Origin: an uncultured Alphaproteobacteria bacterium
GTDB taxonomy: Bacteria; Pseudomonadota; Alphaproteobacteria; Micavibrionales; UBA1664
NCBI GenBank assembly: GCA_943789475.1
Contig: CALSUG010000008.1
Span: 110,431 to 174,430 of the forward strand
Reading direction: 5' to 3'
Length of the DNA: 64,000 bases
In this document: piece after piece, positions 46,155 through 58,486 of the stretch
How the letters are laid out: each line of letters begins with the position of its first letter
Position numbering within the stretch: position 1 is the stretch's first letter
Notes under the pieces: generated by a model
What the model was told of the DNA's origin: nothing
Databases searched by the model: none
Seen by the model: only the letters and a program-made list of their open reading frames with translations
Position numbers and translations under genes: made by a program

Positions 46155-46495
46155 AAGCAATTGGTTATGACGCTAAACGTTGTTGCGGAATAGGCGTCGT
46201 GGACCCGGGGGCAGTACCCGGCGACTCCACCAAAAGCACATATAATTTGTGTGTTTTTATGGGGTCGAAACAGGATCGACACGCGTAATAAAGGTAATTT
46301 TCGGCGTTCGGGCAGATACCCCCGTATACAGGATCATTTTTTATAGATGCAAACGATAACTTTGCTCCTATGACTGCTGCTAACGACAATGGCACTATTG
46401 CTGCTGTTGCCGCTTAAGCGAGTCGCATAAATTCCTAGGGGTTTGAGTCTCTAGGTGGGGTTGGGGAGAGACCTCGCAACAGAACTCCCCATTTT
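46155..46495 (+). ncRNA. ssrA: two-piece (circularly permuted) tmRNA: acceptor piece to CCA at 46232, intervening segment, coding piece from GGGGTCG at 46261
   Basis: GGGGUCG (46261-46267) pairs with CGACUCC (46222-46228), including the G3-U alanine identity pair, and is followed by ACCA. The T-arm is CCGGG-GGCAGUA-CCCGG. The tag frame 46349-46417 encodes ANDNFAPMTAANDNGTIAAVAA plus a stop. A 3' hairpin GGGGAG...CTCCCC is followed by ATTTTCCTTTT. The 5' and 3' ends are approximate. Confidence 0.8.
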
Positions 46496-46526
46496 CCTTT
46501 TGTATAAATCGGGTACACTGTTTTTC

Positions 46527-48314
46527 ATGATGTTATCACATACATGGATTACCACGTTATTATGCGCCGCGCTGGGGTTGTTTTTGGTACAATTGCCCGA
46601 TTGGTCGTATATGGCTCATGGTGCAGGGTTTATTGTGTTATGGGTTATTTGTCTTTGTGGTGTATCACACAGTAAACATAATTTTTCTATCAATGAGTAT
46701 ACAGTTTTTGCATTCCTTTTCATCGGGATGTGCGTGTTATCGGTTGCGATGTCGAGCATAGCACATAGCAGCATATCTATATTGTCAACTTACCTCATTT
46801 TGCCAATAGTGATGATTTCTCTGAACGGAAGTATAAATCGTCGGTTTTTCTATAATACATTGCTAGCTTTAAGCGCTGGTTTAGGGGGGTATGCCCTGTA
46901 CCAATTCTACACGCAAACAGGACATTATAAAATTATAGCGAACGGTTCTTTTGCTAATCCAAACAGTTTGGCTGTCTTTTTGGGAGTAGGTTTCCTGATT
47001 GCATGGAATTTATTTTTAACGACTAAAAATAAAATTCAATTGTCATTATATGGTGTAATTACTATGCTGGTATGGGCAGGAATTGTTACAACATCTGCAC
47101 GTGGAGTGATGTTGGGATTGCCGATCGTGATCGCATTCGTATCGTTGATGTATATAAATTATATGCCAAAAAAAGAAATTTTACTAAAAGTAATGCTTCT
47201 TTCGATGGGGGGTGTGGCTATATTTTTATCCGTGAAAATGTTTGTATCAGCAGAAATGTTTTCTCAAACATTGAATATACATTCAGGATCCGCTGGACCA
47301 CGGTTTAATATTTGGCGCGGTGTTGTTGATGCAATTCAGTCTACCAATCCTGTTTTTGGTAATGGTATAGGAACGTTTAAGGACGTTTACACGCACTACC
47401 GCTTGCCAACGGATCCTGCTTCAGGATTACATGGTCACAATGATATTCTCCATTTGATACTGGAAATGGGATTGCTTGTCCTTATACCGTTCACCATTTT
47501 AGCATTTACCGTGGTAAAGAGTTTTGTCGTGGCAAGAGAAGAGAATAAATCACGATTATTATTGCCGCTCTCGTTGTTTGTTTTTATAGCGGGGTGCGCG
47601 ATGTTCACCACGGTTATTTTATTACCGTCATTATGGCTGATAACGGGCATCATATTGATCGATTATATGAAACATGATGGTGAAAATGCGGTGGTGAAAA
47701 AAACATATATGAACAAAATAGCGATAGTTTGTTTGATTGTTTTAATAGCGTTACAAGCGCAAAAAATTGTTGAAACGCGCACGATGATTGATTTGAAAAA
47801 TGCATCTAATCAATCGGATTTGAATGATTTTCGGGCGCAAATAAATAAGATGGATATGGTGTCGATGGGGTCGCATCCTGTCGTTCCTATATTTCAAGCG
47901 TCACTTTTGATGAGTTTATGGGATGCAAAAATGATTACCGCACCTCAATCGGATGTAGTGAGCGAATTGAATGGGTATTTAGATCAATCAAAATCCCTCA
48001 ATCCATGGAATGTTGAAACGTTATATTATCGCGGTCATGTTTTAAAACGCGAGGGTGATATTGCAGGGGCAACATCAGCATGGGAAAATGTTTTAAAAAT
48101 TGATCCATCATATGTGTCCGCACGCATTGATTTGGTAAATTACATGACACGTACAGAAGACGCGTACATTATTTTAAAATCGGGTTTGTATCTCAAATAC
48201 TGGAAACAAAATCCACAGAAATTATTTGGCATGATTATGGTCGAAGCTAAAAAACAAGGCGATACAGAAACATATGAGGATGCGGAAGAGCGTTTGAAAG
48301 AGCTCCTCCGTTAA
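46527..48314 (+). CDS. O-antigen ligase (Wzy_C) family membrane protein with a C-terminal TPR-like domain
   Basis: Start set at MMLSHTWITT (46527), because the upstream part of the track ORF overlaps the tmRNA. About 12 TM helices; the periplasmic loop has GIGTFKDVY...GLHGHNDILHLILEMGL. The soluble tail has TPR-like repeats. Confidence 0.72.
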   Translation: MMLSHTWITTLLCAALGLFLVQLPDWSYMAHGAGFIVLWVICLCGVSHSKHNFSINEYTVFAFLFIGMCVLSVAMSSIAHSSISILSTYLILPIVMISLNGSINRRFFYNTLLALSAGLGGYALYQFYTQTGHYKIIANGSFANPNSLAVFLGVGFLIAWNLFLTTKNKIQLSLYGVITMLVWAGIVTTSARGVMLGLPIVIAFVSLMYINYMPKKEILLKVMLLSMGGVAIFLSVKMFVSAEMFSQTLNIHSGSAGPRFNIWRGVVDAIQSTNPVFGNGIGTFKDVYTHYRLPTDPASGLHGHNDILHLILEMGLLVLIPFTILAFTVVKSFVVAREENKSRLLLPLSLFVFIAGCAMFTTVILLPSLWLITGIILIDYMKHDGENAVVKKTYMNKIAIVCLIVLIALQAQKIVETRTMIDLKNASNQSDLNDFRAQINKMDMVSMGSHPVVPIFQASLLMSLWDAKMITAPQSDVVSELNGYLDQSKSLNPWNVETLYYRGHVLKREGDIAGATSAWENVLKIDPSYVSARIDLVNYMTRTEDAYIILKSGLYLKYWKQNPQKLFGMIMVEAKKQGDTETYEDAEERLKELLR

Positions 48315-48318
48315 GAAA

Positions 48319-50799
<2,481 letters not shown>

Positions 50800-50809
50800 T
50801 CACTATATC

Positions 50810-50837
50810 AAAAAGCCAGATATTCCCTAGCTTTTTT
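50810..50837 (-). terminator. rho-independent terminator between recF and gyrB
   Basis: The minus strand reads AAAAAGCUAG-GGAAUAU-CUGGCUUUUU, a 10-bp stem with one G-U pair that is a mismatch on the plus strand, ending in a U-run. Confidence 0.5.
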
Positions 50838-50853
50838 GTGATTTTTTTAATGT

Positions 50854-51990
50854 TTATTCACAATGGGAAAGAAGGTTGTCCTGAATCGTAATTCTTTGCT
50901 TATTTTGAATGGATGAAAATGCCGTTTCATCTTGTCCCGTGAGCCATATTTGACCACCGAAATCATTGAGAATTTCAAATAGAGAATCACGTTTTGTAGC
51001 GTCAAAATGCGCACATACCTCGTCAAATAATAGTACAGGCGGTACTCCGTAACGTTTTTCTACCATTTGCGCGTGCGCCAAGATGATCGTTGTTAAGAGC
51101 GCTTTTTGTTCACCGGTTGAACATTGCGCAGCATTGACGTTTTTTTCGGTATAGGTTGCAACCATATCGGTGCGTGTGATGCCAAAATGGGTTCGGCCAA
51201 TTTGGCCATCAACATCGCGCATATTTTCAAATTTTTCACGGGCGTAATCTTCGGCCTCTAAGGCTGATTTATTTGTAATGGCGGTCTCTAAATCACCGTG
51301 TAAGTTCAGCTGTGCAATTGGAAAATTTTTGAAAAAATCATTGTCGATGATGTGTTGTAATTTTTGGATTGTTTCCGATCTTGCAATGGATATGGCGATG
51401 GATGTTTCGGCCATGATGTTTTCTAGCCCACTCAGCCATGTAGCATTCGCGATCATGTTTTTTTCGTGCGCTTGTTTTAGGATGCTTAATCTTTCACGTG
51501 TGGCCTTTTCCATGCGCGTCATGCGTCCAACGTGTGCAGGATCAAATGTGGCGACCAAGCGATCTAAAAACCGCCTACGTTCGGATGATGATTGTAAAAA
51601 CAATCCATCCATTTGTGGTGTTAACCACATGGTGCGTAGAATATCACCAAGGTCAGATTGATTTTTAATCGTATCGCCATCGGCGCGGATAATTTTTTTT
51701 GATGGGTTGTCTGGATTACGTCCAACGCCTAAATGCGTTTTATCGTCATCATGATCCGTAATTTTCCCTGATACGGCCCACGGTGTTGGGCATGTTTGTG
51801 ATTGGCAATCATTAACGCTTGCTCCACGTAATCCACGACCGGGAGATAGAAGGCTTATTCCTTCCAAACAGTTGGTTTTACCTGCGCCATTATCACCGAT
51901 GAGGACAATAAATTGGTTGTTTAAACCGTTTATGGACGTGGAATTATAATTCCGAAAACCAGTGAGAGATAATGAAGATAAATACGCCAT
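50854..51990 (-). CDS. recF: DNA replication and repair protein RecF
   Basis: 378 aa. GDNGAGKTNCLEGISLL Walker A, the SMC-like signature STGEQKALL, and Walker B LLFDEV. Confidence 0.92.
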   Translation of the reverse strand: MAYLSSLSLTGFRNYNSTSINGLNNQFIVLIGDNGAGKTNCLEGISLLSPGRGLRGASVNDCQSQTCPTPWAVSGKITDHDDDKTHLGVGRNPDNPSKKIIRADGDTIKNQSDLGDILRTMWLTPQMDGLFLQSSSERRRFLDRLVATFDPAHVGRMTRMEKATRERLSILKQAHEKNMIANATWLSGLENIMAETSIAISIARSETIQKLQHIIDNDFFKNFPIAQLNLHGDLETAITNKSALEAEDYAREKFENMRDVDGQIGRTHFGITRTDMVATYTEKNVNAAQCSTGEQKALLTTIILAHAQMVEKRYGVPPVLLFDEVCAHFDATKRDSLFEILNDFGGQIWLTGQDETAFSSIQNKQRITIQDNLLSHCE

Positions 51991-52035
51991 GTGTTGGGTA
52001 TTTTAGAGAGTTAAATATTGAATGGATAGTAGCAA

Positions 52036-52473
52036 TTATAAAGAGGCCACAAGAGCTTTTGGTAATGTGTGTTCTGGTCGCAAGTTTGTTGCGATAAAAT
52101 TTTCGACGAAACGAATAACACGACCAAAATTTCCAGATGATTTACTAAGCGGTGTCTCCATGACGAATATATTTTGGTTTTCCTGATTTTGATATTTTGT
52201 GATTGTAATTTCAAAAAATTCACCAAATTTTTCTCTATATTCGGGGTCTGCGACATCGATTTCGAGTGTTATGCGATTATTTTTTTGTTCTTTATCAGGA
52301 TATGCTGAAAATTTAGGTGTTGGATTTTTTGTAAATCCTATATCCATTAGGTGGGTGCGAATATCGCCAATGGTACGTATTTCATGCTGTCTAAAGGCTG
52401 TTTGAATATTATTATCAGGGCGTGCTGATGTCGTAGATTTTTTAAACGCATTTAATACAACAACATCACCCAT
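52036..52473 (-). CDS. hypothetical protein
   Basis: 145-aa ORF occupying the position where dnaN is often found upstream of recF. No motif recognised. Confidence 0.4.
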   Translation of the reverse strand: MGDVVVLNAFKKSTTSARPDNNIQTAFRQHEIRTIGDIRTHLMDIGFTKNPTPKFSAYPDKEQKNNRITLEIDVADPEYREKFGEFFEITITKYQNQENQNIFVMETPLSKSSGNFGRVIRFVENFIATNLRPEHTLPKALVASL

Positions 52474-52523
52474 AATTTATTTTTAGTCCTTTTATTTTTA
52501 TTAGATTAGAAAAATAATTAAAT

Positions 52524-52919
52524 TTAACACGTAAGAATAGGTAACGCAGATGCTCTGCGACCAAGAATGCGGCCGCAAATCTGTTGTACTTGTCCAATTA
52601 CTTTATCTCTTTTTGCTTCTTTTTCTAATGTTTTGGCTTCTTCGAAGGCTGCTTGAGCTTTTCTGTAGTTCTCATTTTTTTGAGAAGCTGCTTTGCGTTT
52701 TTCTCTGATAATTTGTGCTCGAGGTTTTCCTAAATAAGTGTCACTAACATTTAAGGCGTTTTGTGCGTCTTGTTTTAGGGTGCCATGAGCGTTAGACAGC
52801 CTGTAAGATATACGCCCTTTTTCTTGTAAGGCTTGTGCAAAATCTGTTTTAATAGATGCGTTTTCTAATCGACTTGCCCCTGGAGTGCCTTCGATTAATC
52901 CGATACTGTTTAGTGCCAT
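52524..52919 (-). CDS. hypothetical protein (K/E/A-rich, probably helical)
   Basis: The track ORF starts at a GTG at 52931. I prefer the ATG at 52919 (MALNSIG), which is preceded by GGTGGA. No motif recognised. Confidence 0.4.
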   Translation of the reverse strand: MALNSIGLIEGTPGASRLENASIKTDFAQALQEKGRISYRLSNAHGTLKQDAQNALNVSDTYLGKPRAQIIREKRKAASQKNENYRKAQAAFEEAKTLEKEAKRDKVIGQVQQICGRILGRRASALPILTC

Positions 52920-52979
52920 AATTTTTTCCACCGTTTTTATTTTATAAAAGCAGATGAAATTATGTCATGTCAATTAAAT

Positions 52980-53345
52980 TTACTTAATAACTTTTAACTT
53001 GCCTGACTTTTTTGTGCCGATTTTACCAATTTCACGGAAAATATTGATGGTTTCGAGGAAGTTTTCAGATCGAAATATCTGTTTTTGACCATCAAACACG
53101 CGATAAAAGTCTTTGTTTTTGGATTTTGTGCGGGAAATAGAATAAATAACTGCCATGGCTGTCCCATTCCCACGCTCAACAACGCAAAATGTTGTTTGAT
53201 TTTTGTCGGATGTTATGGCGTAATCTTTCCACCCTTTATTCAATACACCTTCGGCATAGGCGGCCAAGACCTGCCTTAATTGCCCATGGGTAAACACGCA
53301 TGAATGAACACCACTTAATCCTGTTGACGGAAATTTTTCTGTCAT
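52980..53345 (-). CDS. DUF2794-like protein
   Basis: Start set at MTEKFPSTG (ATG at 53345). FTHGQLRQVLAAYAEGVLNKGWKDYAI...FCVVERGNG...IYSISR fits my recollection of alphaproteobacterial DUF2794. Confidence 0.6.
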   Translation of the reverse strand: MTEKFPSTGLSGVHSCVFTHGQLRQVLAAYAEGVLNKGWKDYAITSDKNQTTFCVVERGNGTAMAVIYSISRTKSKNKDFYRVFDGQKQIFRSENFLETINIFREIGKIGTKKSGKLKVIK

Positions 53346-53386
53346 TACACTCAGTCTAACAAAAAATAGATGAAAAAGCGACAAAA

Positions 53387-54106
53387 ATGACTGATAAGAA
53401 TAAGAGTACTCCTGAAGAAGATTTGGCAGCTGAACTTCTTTTGAAAGAAGCAGATGACACATTACGCCAAGAAGAGTTGCAAAAATTGTGGGAAGAATGG
53501 GGCGCAACGATCATCGGGGTTGCTCTTATGGTTGTTTTTGGAACGATGATTGGTGTCGGTTGGAAAAGTTGGCGTACATCTGTTTATGAAAGCCAAACAC
53601 AGGCGTTAATTACAATGCAACAAAAGGGGCCTGCATCCTTGGCAACGCAAGGTGATGAATTGTCAGGATCATATGATGCGATTGCAAAAATGATTGCGGC
53701 GGGTCAATTGGTCAATACGGATGGCGCGTCGTCTAAAATTACATCATCGACAATTCATAATTTAATGGTCGATGCCAGCGATGGTGGATTGCCAAAATAT
53801 TATGATGTCATGGCCGAGTGGACAAAATTGAGAACACGATTCGATGCAACAAAAAATGACGATAGGCATGAAATTGTTGAAGAGATGTTGGATGTAGCGG
53901 ACAGTCGAAATAATCCATTTTTCCTGATTATGACGGTTGAAGGCGCGATGATGTACGCATCGATGGAATCATATGATAAGGCGTTGGATATTTTAAATGA
54001 TTTGGAAGGCGAGCAGTTAGATACAGTTCCATCATTAAAATCTGAAGTGGATAGTTATCGTCAAATTTATCAGGCGAAATTAAATAAAGGCGAGGATAAA
54101 TCATAA
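53387..54106 (+). CDS. YfgM-like membrane-anchored TPR-like protein
   Basis: 239 aa with one TM (IIGVALMVVFGTMIGVGW) and a helical periplasmic domain. It lies immediately upstream of bamB, as is usual for this family. Confidence 0.55.
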   Translation: MTDKNKSTPEEDLAAELLLKEADDTLRQEELQKLWEEWGATIIGVALMVVFGTMIGVGWKSWRTSVYESQTQALITMQQKGPASLATQGDELSGSYDAIAKMIAAGQLVNTDGASSKITSSTIHNLMVDASDGGLPKYYDVMAEWTKLRTRFDATKNDDRHEIVEEMLDVADSRNNPFFLIMTVEGAMMYASMESYDKALDILNDLEGEQLDTVPSLKSEVDSYRQIYQAKLNKGEDKS

Positions 54107-55500
54107 TGAAATTAAAAGCGTTTTTATTAGCATCTGTTTTAATGATATCGGCATGTGGCACGATTGATAGCTTGCTTGGACCAGAAGTCGAAAAATCAAC
54201 ATTAGAAGGTGACCGTTTGTCCCTTTATGATTTTGAAAAAACATTACAGCAAGATCCGAATACTCAATTTGGTCTTGATGGCAGTGAAAATAAAAATGTG
54301 GTGTCGTTACCACAATCTTTACAAGGTGGAGAAGACACGGATATTAATCTTGTTTCCTCATGGGAAAATGAATTTTGGCCACAGGTCGGTGGGTATCCTA
54401 ATCATGCTATGAAACATTTGACGTTCACAAAGGACGAACCCAAACGTCAATGGTCAACATCTATCGGTGCAGGTGGTGATGATCGTCTGCCATTGGTATC
54501 TGCGCCAATTATGGCAGATGGTAAAGTATTTGTGTTGAATAATGGTGCCGAGGTCGTCGCGCTGGACGCAAGCACGGGTGCAAAATTATGGGATGCTAAT
54601 GTCATTAAATTTGGTGAAGACGAAACGGTTATCGGTGGTGGAATCGCATTTTCGGGTGGTATGATTTTTGTCACCAACGGGTTTAATGAGGTTATTGCGC
54701 TGAACCCTGATAATGGATCTGTATTATGGCGTACAGAAACAAAAACGCCTATTCGCGCGGCACCGTCGGCTATTCCTGGTCGTGTGTTTGTTGTAACAAT
54801 GGATAATCAAACACTGGCGCTAAACAGTAAAAACGGTGAAGTGTTGTGGAAACACCGTGGGTTAGACAGTGATGCTGGTGTATTGGGCGCATCAACACCT
54901 GCAATCTCACGTGATGCGATTATCACGGCCTATGGATCGGGTGAAATTTACGCACTTCAAATTGATACTGGTGTTGAATTGTGGAGTGAAAATTTATCTC
55001 CGCTTGCACGTGTTGCGGGGCGCACTGCCTTGTCTGATATCCGAGCATTGCCAGTTATTGACGGTGGTGTTGTGTATGCGGTGTCATATACAAATCGTAT
55101 GAATGCAATTGATGCACGTACGGGAAAAATTATATGGCAGGCCCCAATCGGCAGTGCATCAACGCCATGGGTATCAGGAAACCGTATTTATGTCGTTGAA
55201 TCGCAAGGCACATTAGTGTCGTTGGATCGTAAGGATGGCCACGTCATGTGGCAAATCGCGCTACCACGTTATGAAGATGTGAGTGATCGTGAAGGAATTA
55301 TCCATTGGAACGGACCAATGCTTGCCGGTGGAAATCTGATTGTTTTTGGTTCTCATGGTGAGGCACATATGTATAGCCCAATTGATGGATCATTGTTGAA
55401 TGAGTGGGATATTGATTCTGATGTATTCGTAATGCCAGCCTTGGCAAAAGGCGGTCTATATACTTTGGGTAATGAAGGGCGCGTTAAGGCGTGGAGATAG
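54106..55500 (+). CDS. bamB: outer membrane protein assembly factor BamB (PQQ-like beta-propeller lipoprotein)
   Basis: 464 aa. Lipobox MISAC, and repeated xxG(x)lxAlDaxtGxxlW blades (ALDASTGAKLW, ALNPDNGSVLW, ALNSKNGEVLW, AIDARTGKIIW, SLDRKDGHVMW). Confidence 0.85.
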   Translation: MKLKAFLLASVLMISACGTIDSLLGPEVEKSTLEGDRLSLYDFEKTLQQDPNTQFGLDGSENKNVVSLPQSLQGGEDTDINLVSSWENEFWPQVGGYPNHAMKHLTFTKDEPKRQWSTSIGAGGDDRLPLVSAPIMADGKVFVLNNGAEVVALDASTGAKLWDANVIKFGEDETVIGGGIAFSGGMIFVTNGFNEVIALNPDNGSVLWRTETKTPIRAAPSAIPGRVFVVTMDNQTLALNSKNGEVLWKHRGLDSDAGVLGASTPAISRDAIITAYGSGEIYALQIDTGVELWSENLSPLARVAGRTALSDIRALPVIDGGVVYAVSYTNRMNAIDARTGKIIWQAPIGSASTPWVSGNRIYVVESQGTLVSLDRKDGHVMWQIALPRYEDVSDREGIIHWNGPMLAGGNLIVFGSHGEAHMYSPIDGSLLNEWDIDSDVFVMPALAKGGLYTLGNEGRVKAWR

Positions 55501-55513
55501 GAAATCAGTATCG

Positions 55514-56824
55514 ATGATTCAAAATGTTCCTGAATTTTCCGTTTCTGATATTTCTCGTGCGTTAAAACAAACGGTTGAAACATCGTTTTCTCATGTACGT
55601 GTTCGTGGTGAATTGTCCCGTGTGACATTGGCAAAGTCAGGTCATTTCTATAGTGATCTTAAGGATGAATCGTCCGTTTTGAATATTGTGTGTTGGCGTG
55701 GCTCTGTTCAAAAATTGTCGATAAAGCCAGAAGAAGGCATGGAGGTTATATGCATTGGGCGTATGACAACATTCCCGGGATCATCACGATATCAATTGGT
55801 TGTTGAATCAATGGAATTGGCGGGCGAAGGTGCCTTACTTAAATTACTAGAGGATCGTAAGAAAAAATTAGCCGCCGAAGGCTTATTCGATGAAGATCGC
55901 AAAATACCACTTCCATTTTTACCAAAAACAATCGGGGTTGTGACATCACCAACGGGTGCGGTTATCCGTGATATTATTCACCGCGTATCCGATCGCTTTC
56001 CATGCCGCGTGATGGTATGGCCGGTACAGGTGCAAGGCGTTGGAGCTGATGTACAAATTACACGGGGGATAGAAGGGTTTAATAAAGCGAGCGATCGCAA
56101 TCGCCCTGATCTTATTATTGTGGCACGTGGTGGTGGAAGCATTGAAGATCTCATGGCGTTTAACGAGGAAAATGTTGTTCGTGCGGTCGCTGCATCAACC
56201 ATTCCTGTTATATCCGCGGTTGGACATGAAACGGATACAACGCTAATTGATTATGTGTCTGACCGTCGTGCACCTACGCCCACGGGAGCGGCGGAAATGG
56301 CAGTACCTGTTATCGATAATATTTGGGCGACGATGGATGACTATCGAGCTCGTTTGAGGCAGTCTTTAAAACGTTTAATTGAAAATTTATCACAAAATTT
56401 GCATGTTTCATCACGCGTATTGGATCATCCGCATCGTCAGATCGAACCGTTGGAACAAAGATATGATGCGCTTTCACACAAACTTGATAATGCATTTATG
56501 CGTAATGTTGATGTTCAGGATAAAAAATTACTATCGCTTGGTGGACGGTTAAAAACACCACAAGCCGTTTTGGATCAAGGACAATTGTCTTTGGATAACT
56601 TATTCGAACGAATGAAACAGGCCGGTACGCGTATTATTCCTGAACGCGCGGATAAAGTCAGTGGACTTGATCGTATGTTGGAAACATTATCTTATAAAAG
56701 CATTCTTAATCGCGGATATGCGGTTTTACATGACGAGGGTGGGCAATTGTTAGATGGTGTAGACGCGGTTCAATCCGCGGAAAAAATAAAAATAACCGTC
56801 AAGGATGGATCGGCAACACGTTAA
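55514..56824 (+). CDS. xseA: exodeoxyribonuclease VII large subunit
   Basis: Start set at MIQNVPEFSVSDIS (ATG at 55514). OB-fold VRVRGELSRV...GHFYSDLKDE; the catalytic region is IGVVTSPTGAVIRDI...ARGGGSIEDLMAFN...GHETDTTL. Confidence 0.9.
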   Translation: MIQNVPEFSVSDISRALKQTVETSFSHVRVRGELSRVTLAKSGHFYSDLKDESSVLNIVCWRGSVQKLSIKPEEGMEVICIGRMTTFPGSSRYQLVVESMELAGEGALLKLLEDRKKKLAAEGLFDEDRKIPLPFLPKTIGVVTSPTGAVIRDIIHRVSDRFPCRVMVWPVQVQGVGADVQITRGIEGFNKASDRNRPDLIIVARGGGSIEDLMAFNEENVVRAVAASTIPVISAVGHETDTTLIDYVSDRRAPTPTGAAEMAVPVIDNIWATMDDYRARLRQSLKRLIENLSQNLHVSSRVLDHPHRQIEPLEQRYDALSHKLDNAFMRNVDVQDKKLLSLGGRLKTPQAVLDQGQLSLDNLFERMKQAGTRIIPERADKVSGLDRMLETLSYKSILNRGYAVLHDEGGQLLDGVDAVQSAEKIKITVKDGSATR

Positions 56825-56867
56825 TTATCAATTGTTTCACGTTCATAAATCACTTATATATGCGAAG

Positions 56868-57668
56868 ATGATAAATAAAATGCAAATTGCAACACAGGCG
56901 CAAAATTTTTGCCAAATTATCGGACAAATGGTCATTGGTGTTTGTTCAATGGTTGGAAAAATATCATTCTTTATGTTTGATACGGTTCGTCATGCGTTGA
57001 CACCGCCATGGTATGGATCACAAATATTAAAGCAATTTTTATCAATTGGTTTTTTCTCTTTGGCTGTGGTCGGAATGACGGCGTTATTTTCGGGAATGGT
57101 GATTGCGTTGCAATCATATACAGGTTTTGCACGATTTAATGCCGAGGGTGCGGTGGCGAATGTTGTTGTTTTAACAATTACACGTGAGTTAGCTCCTGTT
57201 CTTGCTGGGTTAATGTTGGCGGCGCGCGTTGGTGCATCAATCGCAGCGGAAATTGGTACAATGCGTGTTACAGAACAAATTGATGCATTGCGCACATTGA
57301 ATGTTAATCCGATGAAATATTTGGTTGTTCCACGTGTCATGGCGGGTGTGGTGATGTTACCTGCGTTGGTCTTTATTGCCGATATTATTGGTGTGATGGG
57401 GGGATGGCTTGTTGGGGTGTATGTGTTGGATTTTTCATCAGCATCTTACCTCAATCAAACAATTGATTTTGTGCAATTTAATGACGTTTTTTCAGGTCTT
57501 GTAAAGGCGTGTATGTTTGGTTTAATCGTAACCGTTATGGGATGTTACCACGGTTATAATTCTGGTCGTGGTGCGCAGGGTGTTGGTTTGGCCACGACAA
57601 ACGCGGTTGTTTCATCCGCGATTTTGATTTTGATATTTAACTATGTTCTAACGCAGGCTTTATTTTAA
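56868..57668 (+). CDS. mlaE: phospholipid ABC transporter permease MlaE
   Basis: Start set at MINKMQ (56868), after the xseA stop. ITRELAPVLAGLMLAARVGASIAAEIGTMRVTEQIDAL is the MlaE signature region. Confidence 0.85.
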   Translation: MINKMQIATQAQNFCQIIGQMVIGVCSMVGKISFFMFDTVRHALTPPWYGSQILKQFLSIGFFSLAVVGMTALFSGMVIALQSYTGFARFNAEGAVANVVVLTITRELAPVLAGLMLAARVGASIAAEIGTMRVTEQIDALRTLNVNPMKYLVVPRVMAGVVMLPALVFIADIIGVMGGWLVGVYVLDFSSASYLNQTIDFVQFNDVFSGLVKACMFGLIVTVMGCYHGYNSGRGAQGVGLATTNAVVSSAILILIFNYVLTQALF

Positions 57669-58444
57669 TGACTGATTATAAAATTCAAATGAAGGGTGTT
57701 TGTAAATCGTTTGGGGATAAACATATCCTGCGCGGTGTCGATTTGAATATCGAAAAAGGAACATCGATGGTCATTATTGGTGGATCAGGAACAGGAAAAT
57801 CAGTCACATTAAAATGTGTTTTGGGGTTGCTTACACCTGACAGTGGATCAATCCTGATTGATGGTAAAGAAACGGTTGGCATGGGTGAACAAGACCGTGA
57901 CACCATGATGAAAAAATTTGGTATGTTGTTCCAAGGTGGGGCCTTGTTTGATTCACTGCCAGTTTGGGAAAATGTTGCCTTTGGTCTTATTCATGCAGAA
58001 AATATGAGTAAGGATGAAGCCCGCCCGATCGCGATTGAAAAATTACAAGCCGTGGGTTTAGGATCAAAGGTTGCTGATTTATTTCCGGCTGAATTATCAG
58101 GAGGAATGCAAAAACGTGTTTCATTGGCACGTGCGATTGCAACAAATCCGGAAATTATCTTTTTTGATGAACCAACAACGGGGCTTGACCCTATTATGGC
58201 GGATGTCATTAATGATTTGATTGTTCAATGTGTAAAGGATTTAGGTGCAACGGCCTTAACCATTACACATGATATGGCATCGGCACGTAAAATCGCAGAT
58301 CATGTATCAATGATTTATGAAGGTGAGATGATTTGGAGCGATCATATCAAAAAACTGGATAAATCAGGCAATGATTACGTTGATCAATTTATTCATGGGC
58401 GTGCGGATGGACCAATCTCTAAACATTCTGCATTGGCCGATTAA
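57668..58444 (+). CDS. mlaF: phospholipid ABC transporter ATP-binding protein MlaF
   Basis: 258 aa with GGSGTGKSV, LSGGMQKRVSLARA and IIFFDEPTTGLDP. Confidence 0.9.
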   Translation: MTDYKIQMKGVCKSFGDKHILRGVDLNIEKGTSMVIIGGSGTGKSVTLKCVLGLLTPDSGSILIDGKETVGMGEQDRDTMMKKFGMLFQGGALFDSLPVWENVAFGLIHAENMSKDEARPIAIEKLQAVGLGSKVADLFPAELSGGMQKRVSLARAIATNPEIIFFDEPTTGLDPIMADVINDLIVQCVKDLGATALTITHDMASARKIADHVSMIYEGEMIWSDHIKKLDKSGNDYVDQFIHGRADGPISKHSALAD

Positions 58445-58486
58445 CAGGTCTTTCTTTTGCCATACGATTTCATTAACCTTTAAGGC

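Noticed and set aside
46001-46395. Track ORFs 46001-46288 (+) and 46165-46395 (-), and the first 24 codons of the 46455 ORF.
   Set aside because: They overlap the tmRNA gene, whose tRNA-like domain, tag frame and terminator explain this DNA better.
46390-46405. Sigma-54-like element TGGCAC-N5-CTGCT with correct GG/GC spacing, upstream of the O-antigen-ligase-like gene. It caught my attention because rpoN is in the window.
   Set aside because: It lies inside the tmRNA tag-coding sequence (GGC ACT ATT GCT GCT) and upstream of the tmRNA terminator, so it is most simply a coincidence of Ala/Thr codons.
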